From NCBI GenBank assembly GCA_963704655.1, contig OY969927.1, positions 352,001-416,000 of the forward strand: a DNA stretch of 64,000 bases, given 5' to 3'. The DNA comes from an uncultured Candidatus Babeliaceae bacterium. GTDB taxonomy: Bacteria > Babelota > Babeliae > Babelales > Babelaceae. Each line of letters opens with the position of its first letter. Position 1 is the first letter of the stretch. Below are positions 8,740 through 19,484 of the stretch, piece after piece. The notes beneath the pieces are model-generated. The model searched no databases. It was given only the letters and a program-made list of their open reading frames with translations, and was not told the origin of the DNA. The position numbers and the translations under genes were made by a program.

Positions 8740-11520
8740 ATGAATTTTAAAGACACCTTAAATTTACCAAAGACCGATTTTCCGATACGGCCAAATGCTG
8801 CCGTAGAGGATGCGCAGCTTTTGCAGCGCTGGTCGCAAGAAAAACTTTCTGAAAAAGCCTTTACGCATAATAGCGGTGGCAAAAAATATATTTTACATGA
8901 TGGGCCACCCTATGCAAATGGGCATATTCATCTTGGGCATGCCTATAATAAAATTTTAAAAGATCTTATCACCAAATCTCGCCGTATGAAGGGCTTTCAC
9001 GTTCCAGTGACCCCAGGTTGGGATTGCCATGGTTTGCCTATTGAGCTTAAAGTTACTACGCAACCTGAAAATGCTGGCCTTTCGCCTTTAGAAATTAAAA
9101 AAGCATGTCGTGCCTATGCTCAGCATTGGATCGAAGTACAACGTGAAGAGTTTAAAAAACTTGGTGTCTTAATGGATTGGGATAACCCTTATATCACCAT
9201 GAGCCATGATTATGAAGCTTCTATTATTCACGCATTAAGCATCTTTGTTGAACAGGGCTTTATTGAGCGCAAAAATAAGACAGTTGCGTGGTGCTTTTCA
9301 TGTAAAACAACGCTTGCATCAGCTGAAATCGAACATAAAGATCGTAAGGACCCATCTTTGTATGTCAGGTTCCCGCTGCAAAAAAGTGATACAGCGCGCC
9401 TTTTTCCGCAAGCTGAAGATCGTGATGTAAGTTTATTGGTTTGGACAACAACCCCGTGGACATTGCCCTTGAATAGAGGGGTGATGGCTCATCCGCATGG
9501 CACCTATCAATTAGTTGATATGGACGGTACATTGCTGATTGTTGGTTCAAATGTAGCTGCAAAATTAGCGGAATTAACTAAACACACGTTGGTGGTTCTT
9601 AAAGAATTTGACTCAAAACTTCTTGAGGGTCTTTTTGTGCAGCATACGTTTATACAAGATATGCTGGTGCCGGTGATCTTTGATGATTCAGTTGGTCTGC
9701 ATGATGGTACGGCTTTTGTGCATACTGCGCCGGGCTCTGGGCCAATCGACTATGAAGTTGGAGTAAAAAATAATCTTGAAATTTATTCGCCGGTTGCAGC
9801 AGATGGTCGTTATACTGCTGATATTAAACCTGCAGAATTAAACGGCATGTTGATTACCGATGGTCAAATTTGGGTTATAAAAAAACTTGCTGAAACTGGT
9901 ACGTTATTCTTTAAAAATACGATAAATCATAGTTACCCGCATTGTTGGCGCTGTCATAATGGACTTATTTTTCGTGCGACACCACAATGGTTTGTTGATT
10001 TAATGCAGCAGGATATGAAACAGCGTGCATTGCAAGCAATCGAAAAAATATCATTTATTCCTGAGCGTGCGCAGAATTTTTTAAAGGCTACTGTTGAAAA
10101 TAGATGGGAATGGTGTATTTCGCGTCAACGTATTTGGGGCGTGCCGATTCCTGCATTAATCTGTGTGCAGTGTGACCGCGTGGCAACTTCTGTTGAGTTT
10201 ATGCAAGCAATTGCAGCAAAAGTTGCTACTCAGGGAATTGAATATTGGGATGCCGTGCCACTAGAAGAATTAGTGAAACTCGTTGGTGCGTGTACTGGAT
10301 GCGATAAAAAAGATTTTAAAAAAGAGCAGGATATTTTAGATGTCTGGTTTGATTCCGGTATAAGCCATTATGCCGTTCTTGAAAAAAATCCAAACTTAGC
10401 GTTTCCCGCAGATGTTTATTGCGAAGGTGTTGATCAACACCGTGGTTGGTTCCAGAGTTCATTATTAACCAGTTTAGTATTGGAAGATAAGGCTTGTATG
10501 CGTCAGATAATTTCTCACGGATATACCGTTGATGAAAAAGGGCGCAAGATGTCCAAATCGCTGGGTAATGTTATTGCGCCACAGGAAATTATTGAGAAAT
10601 TGGGTACCGATGGTCTGCGTTTATGGGTAGCAAGTGTGGGGCACGATGGCGACCTTGTGGTGTCACCAGTTGTTCTTGCAAACGTTACTGAAGTGTATCG
10701 AAAAATACGCAACACCTGCAGATTCTTGTTACAAAACTTGTATGATTTTGATATAAGACATGATGCCGTTGCTTTTGAAAAGTTATTACCGATTGATCGT
10801 TATGCGTTAAGCAGTTTATATAAATTGCATAACGAGATATTAAAGCTGTACGACCAGGACAATTTTACCGGTATATTCCATGGACTTGCCGATTATTCAG
10901 TTAATGAGCTCAGTTCATTTTATTTAGATATCATTAAAGACAGGCTCTATGTTGAGAAAGCTGACGGCCATGAGCGTCGCTCAGCTCAAACAGTGCTTTG
11001 GTATATTCTTGATACCTTAACGCGCGATATGGCGCCAATACTGTCATTTACTGCCGAGCACCTATCAGACTTTTACCAAGAAGATAAAACTGAATCGATT
11101 CATTTGCAGAATTTCCCTGATCTGCAGAAATTTAAAGATGTTGCTGGTGATGAATCGCTCTGGGAATTTTTGAAATCGTTGCGTTCTGTTGTGCTTAAAG
11201 CACTTGAAGAGCAACGTCAGCAGGGCGTCATTAAACATTCTCTTGAAGCTGCAGTGACGCTCTATGTTTCACCTGCACGCTATACAGAATTGCCTGCATT
11301 GCATAATCTGCTAACGCATGAAAAGTTCTTGAAAGAGTTCTTTATTGTGTCGCAGGTGCATCTTAAACCGGTAGTAGATGATCTTGTTGAGTCTACACTT
11401 AAAGGTGTCTATGCTGCTGCACAGGTTGCTGCCGGTTCTAAATGTCCACGCTGTTGGAACTGGGACCCGGTGATCGATGCGCGTGGGCTTTGTTCACGCT
11501 GTGCGCCATTAGTAAAATAA
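8740..11520 (+). CDS. ileS: Isoleucyl-tRNA synthetase (type 1)
   Basis: DGPPYANG-HLGH, GWDCHGLPIE, KMSKS, C-terminal CPRCW..C..C zinc finger. Confidence 0.98.
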   Translation: MNFKDTLNLPKTDFPIRPNAAVEDAQLLQRWSQEKLSEKAFTHNSGGKKYILHDGPPYANGHIHLGHAYNKILKDLITKSRRMKGFHVPVTPGWDCHGLPIELKVTTQPENAGLSPLEIKKACRAYAQHWIEVQREEFKKLGVLMDWDNPYITMSHDYEASIIHALSIFVEQGFIERKNKTVAWCFSCKTTLASAEIEHKDRKDPSLYVRFPLQKSDTARLFPQAEDRDVSLLVWTTTPWTLPLNRGVMAHPHGTYQLVDMDGTLLIVGSNVAAKLAELTKHTLVVLKEFDSKLLEGLFVQHTFIQDMLVPVIFDDSVGLHDGTAFVHTAPGSGPIDYEVGVKNNLEIYSPVAADGRYTADIKPAELNGMLITDGQIWVIKKLAETGTLFFKNTINHSYPHCWRCHNGLIFRATPQWFVDLMQQDMKQRALQAIEKISFIPERAQNFLKATVENRWEWCISRQRIWGVPIPALICVQCDRVATSVEFMQAIAAKVATQGIEYWDAVPLEELVKLVGACTGCDKKDFKKEQDILDVWFDSGISHYAVLEKNPNLAFPADVYCEGVDQHRGWFQSSLLTSLVLEDKACMRQIISHGYTVDEKGRKMSKSLGNVIAPQEIIEKLGTDGLRLWVASVGHDGDLVVSPVVLANVTEVYRKIRNTCRFLLQNLYDFDIRHDAVAFEKLLPIDRYALSSLYKLHNEILKLYDQDNFTGIFHGLADYSVNELSSFYLDIIKDRLYVEKADGHERRSAQTVLWYILDTLTRDMAPILSFTAEHLSDFYQEDKTESIHLQNFPDLQKFKDVAGDESLWEFLKSLRSVVLKALEEQRQQGVIKHSLEAAVTLYVSPARYTELPALHNLLTHEKFLKEFFIVSQVHLKPVVDDLVESTLKGVYAAAQVAAGSKCPRCWNWDPVIDARGLCSRCAPLVK

Positions 11521-11526
11521 ATAGTG

Positions 11527-11560
11527 AAAATAAGGGCTTTGAAAAAAGCCCTTATTTTTT
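11527..11560. terminator. Intrinsic terminator after ileS
   Basis: aaaataagggcttt-gaaa-aaagcccttattttt hairpin with T-tail. Confidence 0.85.
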
Positions 11561-11635
11561 AATTGCTTGAAATATGTTGCATTGTAGAACCTAATCATTT
11601 TAGTTTAATGTAAGTGGTTTTACTAGTGGTTTTCT

Positions 11636-13975
11636 ATGAATGATCCTCTACAAGCAATTGAAAAATATGTTCGAGCGGTTAATTACTTATCAGTTAGCCA
11701 AATTTTTCTTCAATCAAATGTGTTGCTTAATCGACCATTAACTTTTGAAGATATCAAGCCGCGTCTTTTAGGGCACTGGGGAACGTGTCCAGGTATTAAT
11801 TTTATGTACGCTCATCTCAATTATCTTATTAAAAAGCATCATCAATCAACGATTTTTGTTTTAGGCCCTGGCCATGGATTTCCTGCATTGCAAGCTAACT
11901 TATTTATGGAGGGAGTTTTACAGAAGTGTTACCAAGAAGCTACCCAAGATGAATCTGGGATCACGTATTTATGCAAAAAATTTAGTTGGCCTTATGGATT
12001 TGCTAGCCACGCAAACCCAGGAACACCGGGTACCATTTTAGAAGGTGGCGAGCTTGGTTATGCATTGTCTACGGCATATGGCGCAGCACTTGATAATCCA
12101 GATCTTTTAGTTGCCTGTGTTATTGGTGATGGCGAAGCAGAAACGGGCGCAACAGCAACTTCTTGGCATATAAATAAATTTCTTGACCCGGTAACCTGTG
12201 GCGCTGTTTTACCTATTTTACACCTAAACGGGTATAAAATTTCAGGACCAACTATTTTTGGGCGCATGACCAACAAGGAATTAAAGTCACTTTTTTATGG
12301 TTATGGGTATGAGCCAATTATTATTGAGGGCAGGGATCTTTACAAAAAAATGGCACAGGGGCTAGAAACAGCATTTCAGCTTATTAAAGATATTCAAAAA
12401 AGTCATAGAGCAGGAACAAGCTCAGGATTTGCCCGTTTTCCTATGATCATTTTAAAAACAAAAAAGGGCTGGACCGGCCCTAAGTATATACACGGCAAAA
12501 AGATTGAAGGGAATAATCTTGCGCATCAAGTAATACTCAAGCAGGCAAAGACTGATAAAAAAGAGTTAGCCATTCTTGAAAAATGGTTGGCATCATACAA
12601 ATTTGCAGAACTTTTTAATCTGGAACATGGATTTGATAAAGATATTACCGCTTTAATACCGCCAGCACCATTATCCATGGGCAATAACGATCATGCTTAT
12701 AGTGGCCGCATATATAAAGATCTTATATTGCCAGACCCCCAAATGTTTGCAGAAGATGCAACCGTTCCAGGAACTATTGGATCAAGCAGTATGCGTAGGG
12801 CTGGTTTATATCTACAGGCACTATGCGAACTTAATAAAAATACAAAAAATTTTAGATTGTTTTCACCAGATGAAATTTATTCAAATAAATTAGATGCGAT
12901 ACTCAGTTGTACATCGCGTGCTTTTGAGTTGCCTATCAAAAAGTGGGACCGCGATTTAATGCCAGATGGTCAGGTTATAGAGATGTTAAGTGAGCATGTA
13001 CTTCAGGGGCTTGCTCAAGGATACACCTTAACGGGTCGACATGCCTTGTTTGCTTCATATGAAGCCTTTATTGACATTGTAAGTAGTATGGCCGCGCAAT
13101 ATGCAAAATTTTTAAAAGCCGCACATGAATTTTCTTGGCGGGGGGATTGCGCGTCATTTAATTACATTCTTACGTCGTCTGGTTGGCGCCAAGAACATAA
13201 CGGATTTTCTCATCAAAATCCTGGATTTATCGGGAACATGCTCAAAAAATATTGTGGATTTATTAAAGCTTATTTTCCTCCAGACGGTAACAGTACGCTT
13301 GCCGTGCTTAAACATTGTTTTGCATCAAAGAATGGTATTAATATTATTGTTGCTGGCAAAACGCTAGAGCCGCGGTGGTTAACACTCCAAGCAGCAGAAA
13401 AAGAATTGAAAAATGGGCTCATGATATGGGATTTTGCAAGCGATGCTGATCCTGATATCGTGTTTGCAGCAATAGGTGATTATCTTACTAAAGAATCATT
13501 AGCAGCAATTGATATTTTAAAAACATGCATTTCAACAATTAAAGTTCGTTTTGTTAATATTATGGTCCTTTCATGCGGTGGTACTTTTGGTAATACGTGG
13601 TTGTCGACACAAGATTTCAATGCTTATTTTACCGCGGATAAACCAGTCATATTCAATTATCATGGCTATCCAGAAACGGTTAAATCGATTCTTTTTGAAC
13701 AACAAAATACGAGCAGGTTTTTTGTGCACGGATATATTGAAAGTGGTTCAACAACAACACCTTTTGACATGCAGGTACGTAATAAAACAAGTCGATATCA
13801 TCTGGTAATCGAAGCGCTTGAATTGTTGGCAAGCACTAATGTTATTGATCGAAAAATTGCTGAAAAGTTTAGTGCAATGTACCGAAATAAATTAGAGGAA
13901 CATGCAGTTTATATCAAAAAATATGGTGTTGATCCAAAAGAAATTGAAGAGTGGCAATGGAAAAGAACTACTTAG
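11636..13975 (+). CDS. xfp: Phosphoketolase (Xfp family)
   Basis: LLGHWGTCPG, GPGHG, EGGELGY, GDGEAETG (TPP binding), WRQEHNGFSHQNPG. Confidence 0.96.
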   Translation: MNDPLQAIEKYVRAVNYLSVSQIFLQSNVLLNRPLTFEDIKPRLLGHWGTCPGINFMYAHLNYLIKKHHQSTIFVLGPGHGFPALQANLFMEGVLQKCYQEATQDESGITYLCKKFSWPYGFASHANPGTPGTILEGGELGYALSTAYGAALDNPDLLVACVIGDGEAETGATATSWHINKFLDPVTCGAVLPILHLNGYKISGPTIFGRMTNKELKSLFYGYGYEPIIIEGRDLYKKMAQGLETAFQLIKDIQKSHRAGTSSGFARFPMIILKTKKGWTGPKYIHGKKIEGNNLAHQVILKQAKTDKKELAILEKWLASYKFAELFNLEHGFDKDITALIPPAPLSMGNNDHAYSGRIYKDLILPDPQMFAEDATVPGTIGSSSMRRAGLYLQALCELNKNTKNFRLFSPDEIYSNKLDAILSCTSRAFELPIKKWDRDLMPDGQVIEMLSEHVLQGLAQGYTLTGRHALFASYEAFIDIVSSMAAQYAKFLKAAHEFSWRGDCASFNYILTSSGWRQEHNGFSHQNPGFIGNMLKKYCGFIKAYFPPDGNSTLAVLKHCFASKNGINIIVAGKTLEPRWLTLQAAEKELKNGLMIWDFASDADPDIVFAAIGDYLTKESLAAIDILKTCISTIKVRFVNIMVLSCGGTFGNTWLSTQDFNAYFTADKPVIFNYHGYPETVKSILFEQQNTSRFFVHGYIESGSTTTPFDMQVRNKTSRYHLVIEALELLASTNVIDRKIAEKFSAMYRNKLEEHAVYIKKYGVDPKEIEEWQWKRTT

Positions 13976-15078
13976 TTATTAACCTTGGCAGTTCATCCAA
14001 GAGATATTCGTTATTTTCTGAAACGCGTGAACTGTTTTCTTTGCACATCGAAAAAGTATCTTTACAAAAAAACTATGCCAAGAGCACTGTGCATTTTTTT
14101 GAACAGATTAAAAAACAAAATATCTCTGTTCAGCCTGATACTATCAAAGCGATTGCATTTCGTGTAGTAGCTCCAGGCAGCTATTTTATGCAACACAGAA
14201 AAATAACGCCGGCGTATCTAAAAAAATTGCAAGCGACATGTATGATAGCTCCGATTCATAGTGAGCAACTTTTGCATGAGATAGCACAGTGTAAAAAGAT
14301 TATGCCACGTGTTTCTTATTATGGTATTTCAGATAGTGCATTTCATGGCACATTACCTGATGATGCGCGTTTATATGGTTTACCAAAAGATTTTGCAAAA
14401 AAATATGATATGTACCGCTTTGGGTATCATGGCGTTTCATGCACGTCGATACTGCGTAAACTTAAAAAGATGCATGGCAGCGTACCCAAAAATATTATTA
14501 TTTGCCATCTGGGTGGTGGCTCAAGTATCACCGCAGTTAAAAATGGTAAAAGTATTGATACATCTATGGGATTTACCCCACTTGAAGGTGTTCCGATGGT
14601 CACGCGTTGCGGAAATATCGATGCTGCAGCAATACTTTATTTGGTTAACCAAGGGATCACATTAAAAAAATTAATAGATACCCTTTTTAATCAGTCAGGT
14701 ATGGTGGGATTAACTGAACGCAGTGATATGAGAAAAATTGTCACGCTTGCACAACAGGGTGATGCGACATGCTTACAAGCGCTTGAATTTTTTGCATACC
14801 AGATCAAAAAATATATTGGAGCATATCATGCCGTTCTTGGTTCGATTGACCTTTTGGTGTTTACCGGGGGAATTGGTCAAAATGTCCCTCTTGTGCGCTC
14901 ATTAGTGTGTAAAAATCTTTCCTCACTTGGTATTGAACTTGATAGTAGAAAGAATAATTCTCTTGTAGATGTCGATGGCTTTATTCAAGTAACGGCATCA
15001 ACAACAAAAATTGCAGTAGTGAAAAATCAAGAAATGCATGTACTTCTGCATGAAATGCTTAGTTTGATAAACGTATAA
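13957..15078 (+). CDS. ackA: Acetate kinase
   Basis: LVINLGSSS, RFGYHG.S, CHLGGGSS, DTSMGFTPLEG, VFTGGIG. Confidence 0.95.
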   Translation: MEKNYLVINLGSSSKRYSLFSETRELFSLHIEKVSLQKNYAKSTVHFFEQIKKQNISVQPDTIKAIAFRVVAPGSYFMQHRKITPAYLKKLQATCMIAPIHSEQLLHEIAQCKKIMPRVSYYGISDSAFHGTLPDDARLYGLPKDFAKKYDMYRFGYHGVSCTSILRKLKKMHGSVPKNIIICHLGGGSSITAVKNGKSIDTSMGFTPLEGVPMVTRCGNIDAAAILYLVNQGITLKKLIDTLFNQSGMVGLTERSDMRKIVTLAQQGDATCLQALEFFAYQIKKYIGAYHAVLGSIDLLVFTGGIGQNVPLVRSLVCKNLSSLGIELDSRKNNSLVDVDGFIQVTASTTKIAVVKNQEMHVLLHEMLSLINV

Positions 15079-15155
15079 ATGGTTTAAGTGCTCGTGGTCG
15101 CATAAAAAAAGAGAGGCTTTTTACGCCCCCTCTTTTTCTAGTTAATTTTCAAGTA

Positions 15156-17204
15156 CTAGCGCTCTTGCGCTATCGCACTTGGTAGGAATTCATCACAAGG
15201 TACGTCAGGTGAAAGAGTTGGTTTGCCAATAATTGTCTGTGATAGATTATTAAAGGCAAGTGATGCATCATTGGTTAAACTCATTAACCGTTTGAGTTCA
15301 TCAGGCATCTCTTTTTTTGGAGTAGCATATTTTTTCTCTTCTTCTTTTAGATGTTTTCGTAAACATGAAAGTGTGTCGCTATGTACATCAACAAGATTTT
15401 GCCACTCACGTCTAACCATGGCCTGCTCTTTAGGGTCTTCTGGTAAATTATCATATAATGCATTGAGTGATTCGGTAAGATCTTCTAGTAAAAGCTGTTC
15501 GCTGAGTTTTTCTAATTGCTCTGTTGTAATAAACGGATTTACGCCACCTTTAAATTCCATCTGTTTAAAGAGTTTACGTGAGGCGTCTTTGCGCATCTCT
15601 TTTCTAAGATGTACTAAATTTGATCCAAGGTCATCGATGAGCTCTCTGGCTGAGATTTTTGCACGTGGAGCTTTTGTGGGTGTTTCTTTTTCGGGAGCTT
15701 TTTTACCTTCTTCTTTGCCTTGCCCTTTTTCAAGTTCTTTCTGTGCTTTTTCTTTTGCTTTATACAGGGCAAGCTCATCTTGCATCTCTTGCTGTTTTTT
15801 TGCAGCCTCTTTTTCTTTTTGCCCTTTTACTTTTTTCTCTTCAGCCTCAACAATTTTTTTAATTTGTTCATCTCGTTTTTCTTCTTCAGTTTTAGCTTGT
15901 CCAGTTCCAGCAGCTCCGCCTTTACCGCCACCTTTACCTTCTTTCTCTTCCTCTTTTTTTATTGGGGCAAGAGGAACCGGTGTCGGAGCAGTAGATGTTG
16001 TTGGGCTTGGCATTGAAGGGAATCCTCCGCGACCAAAGCCGTCATACTTGCTTGGTGTTGGTAGTTGTTGTGGATAGTCTGTTCTATCGTATTTTCCATA
16101 AGTTAGTTTTGGTTGTATTTTAGCAAATTCTACTTGTTCTTTTTTGCGTAGTGTTTGTGCTTCTTCAAATGCCTTTTTCTGTGCAAGTTGTTCAGGTTCA
16201 TATTTTTTCAAAAACTCTTGTAATTGATCTAATAATTTTTTTTGATAGACGCTATTGCTGATAGCTTCAAGAACTTTTGTCAGATTACTTTGTGCGGCAG
16301 GTGAAAGTTGATCAGTTGGTTGCGTGAGACGTTTATCATCTATTAATTTTTTTGTTTTTGGATCATTCAGTTGATCATAGGCATCTTGAATGAGTGATAA
16401 AGTTAACTCAGCTGCCTTTTTTTCACGGTCGATTTCTTTTTTCGTGGCATTTTGTGCCTTAAGTTTTTTTACTATCTTTTTGGGGTTATGTTTCTTTTTC
16501 AGTTTTGTATACTGTGCTGTTATATCTTGTGCCGTTGCATCATAAGATAACCCTAAAATCTTGTAAGGATCATCATTGTCAACGCTTTTCTCAGTTAAAA
16601 TAATATGCGGTTGATAGCTTACCAATTCTCTGCTGAGAGTTTCTAAGTCTTTAAACAGTGCATCAAAGTCTTTGGTTGCGAGTCGGTCGTGATGTACTTT
16701 TTTGTTAACTACTTTTAAGTAGAAGATAAGATCGTTAAGTGGTTCTGCCCATTGAGCGAGGCGCCGCGCAATTTGGTCGTTACCTTGAGACTTTTGGCGC
16801 AGCATGTTTATCTGTTTGATAATCGTCTCAATAACAATCTGTACGTTTTCAGGATTTTGTGTTCTTATAACTTGTTTTTGTTCGGCAGGTTTTGCTGGCG
16901 CTGCTGCTTCTGCTGGCTTAACTAGTTCGCCTGATGGAGCTTTTTGCTCGAGCGGTTTGCCGGTATCTGGATCGATTCCACTATCAACTAAAACTTGGCG
17001 GCCAATTTTTTCAAGCTCTTCAAGCTCTTGTGGACTCAGTTTACTGAGTTCATTTAAAATATTATTAAAATCATCTTCGGTCATGCTATTTAAAATAGCA
17101 TCGATATCTTGGGGCTTAAACTGCCCTGGCGGCATTTGGGTATATACTGGTGTTGCTAAAAAGAGTGATAAAACTAAACAACAAACTTTTGAAAATATAT
17201 GCAT
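15156..17204 (-). CDS. Exported coiled-coil protein with degenerate J-domain
   Basis: Signal peptide; DPYKILGL..DAT..DI...Y.KL.KKHNP...IQDAYDQL.DP (HPD replaced by HNP); Lys/Glu-rich region. Confidence 0.7.
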   Translation of the reverse strand: MHIFSKVCCLVLSLFLATPVYTQMPPGQFKPQDIDAILNSMTEDDFNNILNELSKLSPQELEELEKIGRQVLVDSGIDPDTGKPLEQKAPSGELVKPAEAAAPAKPAEQKQVIRTQNPENVQIVIETIIKQINMLRQKSQGNDQIARRLAQWAEPLNDLIFYLKVVNKKVHHDRLATKDFDALFKDLETLSRELVSYQPHIILTEKSVDNDDPYKILGLSYDATAQDITAQYTKLKKKHNPKKIVKKLKAQNATKKEIDREKKAAELTLSLIQDAYDQLNDPKTKKLIDDKRLTQPTDQLSPAAQSNLTKVLEAISNSVYQKKLLDQLQEFLKKYEPEQLAQKKAFEEAQTLRKKEQVEFAKIQPKLTYGKYDRTDYPQQLPTPSKYDGFGRGGFPSMPSPTTSTAPTPVPLAPIKKEEEKEGKGGGKGGAAGTGQAKTEEEKRDEQIKKIVEAEEKKVKGQKEKEAAKKQQEMQDELALYKAKEKAQKELEKGQGKEEGKKAPEKETPTKAPRAKISARELIDDLGSNLVHLRKEMRKDASRKLFKQMEFKGGVNPFITTEQLEKLSEQLLLEDLTESLNALYDNLPEDPKEQAMVRREWQNLVDVHSDTLSCLRKHLKEEEKKYATPKKEMPDELKRLMSLTNDASLAFNNLSQTIIGKPTLSPDVPCDEFLPSAIAQER

Positions 17205-17274
17205 CGTTAACTTCCTAATTACACTAAGATATTCTTAGTTTAACTTTAAAAAGTTGATGCGTAAAAGTCAATTG

Positions 17275-17562
17275 TTATGAATTTTTAAAAGCTTTAGCGG
17301 CAGATTCTATAATAGAAATCAAAACAGGGTTTTTGTGAAAATCTAAAAGAGCTTGAGTATATGCTGGATTTTTTTTTATTTTTGGGCGATCCATTACATC
17401 TGCAATTGCACCCAATAATGCTTTATCTTGGCTTATTACATCAAGTTCTTCAGGATTTATCGAAGCAAGTTCTTGTAATATCTTTGCAAGCCTGCGCTTT
17501 GGAGTTGCTGTTAATTCTGTTGCACAGAGTATAAGAGCTAAGATAATAAATTGTTTGTTCAT
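17275..17562 (-). CDS. Small exported hypothetical protein
   Basis: Likely start MNKQFIILALILC (signal peptide). The longer ORF call overlaps pfpI in antisense. Confidence 0.55.
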   Translation of the reverse strand: MNKQFIILALILCATELTATPKRRLAKILQELASINPEELDVISQDKALLGAIADVMDRPKIKKNPAYTQALLDFHKNPVLISIIESAAKAFKNS

Positions 17563-17708
17563 AGTATTTTGTAAAGTTAAGAGTGTTTTAACAATATTAG
17601 TATTGAAACTGTAAGAGATTTTGCGCAGTTCGTCAATACAAAAAATGTTGTTGACTTTATGAGTAGCACTTTCATAAGATGAGTCAAAACATTTAAGAAA
17701 GTTATTAT

Positions 17709-18260
17709 ATGGAAAAAAATTTACGTGGGTTAAGGGTAGCAATTTTAGTTGCAGACGGTTTTGAACAATCAGAAATGGTTGAACCCAGAAAAGCTCTGCA
17801 AGATGCAGGCGCTTATGTAGATATTGTTTCCCCTTCAATGGGGATGGTGAAAAGCTGGTCCGCAGGAAATTGGGCAGAAAGTTATCATGTGGATGTTCCC
17901 CTTATTACCGGTGGTATCGACCATGAGTATGATGCCTTAGTTTTACCCGGTGGTGTTATAAACCCTGACCATTTGCGTATTATTCCCCATGTAATAGAGT
18001 TTATTAAGCAGATGCATGATGCAAAAAAACCTATTGCTGCAATTTGTCATGGCCCATGGACACTGATTAATGCAGGTGTGGTTCTTGGCAAGCAGGTAAC
18101 TTCCTGGCCTTCAATAAAAGTTGATTTGGAAAATGCCGGTGCGCATTGGGTGGATAAAGAGTTTGTGCGTGATGGCAATTTAGTAACCAGCCGTAAACCT
18201 TCAGATTTACCAGTGTTTAATGCTGAAATGGTAAAACTTTTTTCAGAATATGTGTCGTAG
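17709..18260 (+). CDS. pfpI: PfpI/DJ-1 family intracellular protease/deglycase
   Basis: DGFEQSE, LPGG..NPD.LR, AAICHGPW, VTSRKP.DL. Confidence 0.93.
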   Translation: MEKNLRGLRVAILVADGFEQSEMVEPRKALQDAGAYVDIVSPSMGMVKSWSAGNWAESYHVDVPLITGGIDHEYDALVLPGGVINPDHLRIIPHVIEFIKQMHDAKKPIAAICHGPWTLINAGVVLGKQVTSWPSIKVDLENAGAHWVDKEFVRDGNLVTSRKPSDLPVFNAEMVKLFSEYVS

Positions 18261-18600
18261 GTTAGAACAGGAAGGCTTTGTTTTACTCGAGGCCATAGCT
18301 ACTTGTGCATTGGTAATGCTCACGTGGTATTTCATTACGCAATGTGCCGTGCAGGCGATCATGCTCGAACATCAGGTTGAAAAGAGAGCAACGGCTCTTG
18401 GCACAGCGTGCTCTGTTATAGAAAAATTACGTGCTGGGGTTTATTCTTTGAAAAATCAGACTATTACAGAAAATGGTATGCAGATTATAGTTTCTTGCGA
18501 GCAAAAATTATACGCTGAATTTTTGCATGTGGTCATGGTAAAAGTACTCAGTGATGCTCAAGAGTTGGTATGTTTAAAAACAGCGATATTAAAAACATGA
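18250..18600 (+). CDS. Type IV prepilin-like minor pilin / pseudopilin
   Basis: G|FVLLE prepilin cleavage motif followed by a hydrophobic helix. Confidence 0.7.
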   Translation: MCRRLEQEGFVLLEAIATCALVMLTWYFITQCAVQAIMLEHQVEKRATALGTACSVIEKLRAGVYSLKNQTITENGMQIIVSCEQKLYAEFLHVVMVKVLSDAQELVCLKTAILKT

Positions 18601-19037
18601 GGGCTTTTGTTGCGGGTTTTACGTTGATAGAGTTACAGGTCTATCTTGGGGTAATGGCTGTTTTGGCGGTTATGGTCTGTCAAGTTGCACTCATGTACCA
18701 TAATCTCTATGACAAAATTTCTGTGTCCGCCCAGCATTCTGTTATGATGCTTGCTGCAATTTTTCAGGTTAACCAAGCTTTTGATCATACAGTTACGCAT
18801 AAAAAGAAAGATGCGCAGGAATCCGCAGGTTCTTTTTTGAAGAAAAATAAACTTATGGGCATAATGGGCAGTCGCCCAAGTGTTATTCTTGATGATGTTT
18901 CGTACTTTGATGCGAGCTTAGATATTCAGAATAAAATATTGCGGGGGGCAACTTTTACCTGTGACTATAAGGGTAAGCGAGTAAGCTGGTACCGTGCTGC
19001 GATCACAAGGGCATTTTCATGTTCATCATCTTTATAA
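18597..19037 (+). CDS. Type IV prepilin-like minor pilin / pseudopilin
   Basis: G|FTLIEL motif followed by a hydrophobic helix; ATGA overlap with the previous gene. Confidence 0.75.
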   Translation: MRAFVAGFTLIELQVYLGVMAVLAVMVCQVALMYHNLYDKISVSAQHSVMMLAAIFQVNQAFDHTVTHKKKDAQESAGSFLKKNKLMGIMGSRPSVILDDVSYFDASLDIQNKILRGATFTCDYKGKRVSWYRAAITRAFSCSSSL

Positions 19038-19435
19038 CATTACTTGCTGCAAGCTTGGCCGCTGTTTCTGCGCATCTGTATACCGCTCTTACGCTACAGG
19101 CCCAAACAGTTGGGTATAGCGTACAAGCGGTTCAACTTGAGCAGTATACGCAGGGTGTTCTTGCTTACGCTATTTCTGAGGTTGCTCGTGTGGTTACTTT
19201 GCAGCAGCAGATTGAGCGAGAAAAGCAGGCTCATGTACTATGTGATATCTTTAATAATTCTTATGATGGCTTTATTCAGGGTGCAATTTACTATACAAGT
19301 GCTCCTGATGGGTATCTTATAGAAGTACGCATGAGCCGTTCGGGTGAATTTGTTGGTGGTGTGCGTGCCCATATTATGCGTGAAGTGGGCATAGAAAAAG
19401 TTATCTATTCCTGCGTGGCATTAGACGCTTTTTAG
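19019..19435 (+). CDS. PilX/GspK-like minor pilin (putative)
   Basis: N-terminal hydrophobic helix; third gene of a coupled prepilin cluster. Confidence 0.45.
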   Translation: MFIIFITLLAASLAAVSAHLYTALTLQAQTVGYSVQAVQLEQYTQGVLAYAISEVARVVTLQQQIEREKQAHVLCDIFNNSYDGFIQGAIYYTSAPDGYLIEVRMSRSGEFVGGVRAHIMREVGIEKVIYSCVALDAF

Positions 19436-19484
19436 GGTATACTAAAAAGTAAGATAATGCAGTATACACAGTGAGGATTTCTGT

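Noticed and set aside
15223-16077. 284-aa + strand ORF and similar shadow ORFs in the WD40 genes, dnaK and rny
   Set aside because: Antisense to well-supported genes; low-complexity mirror translations
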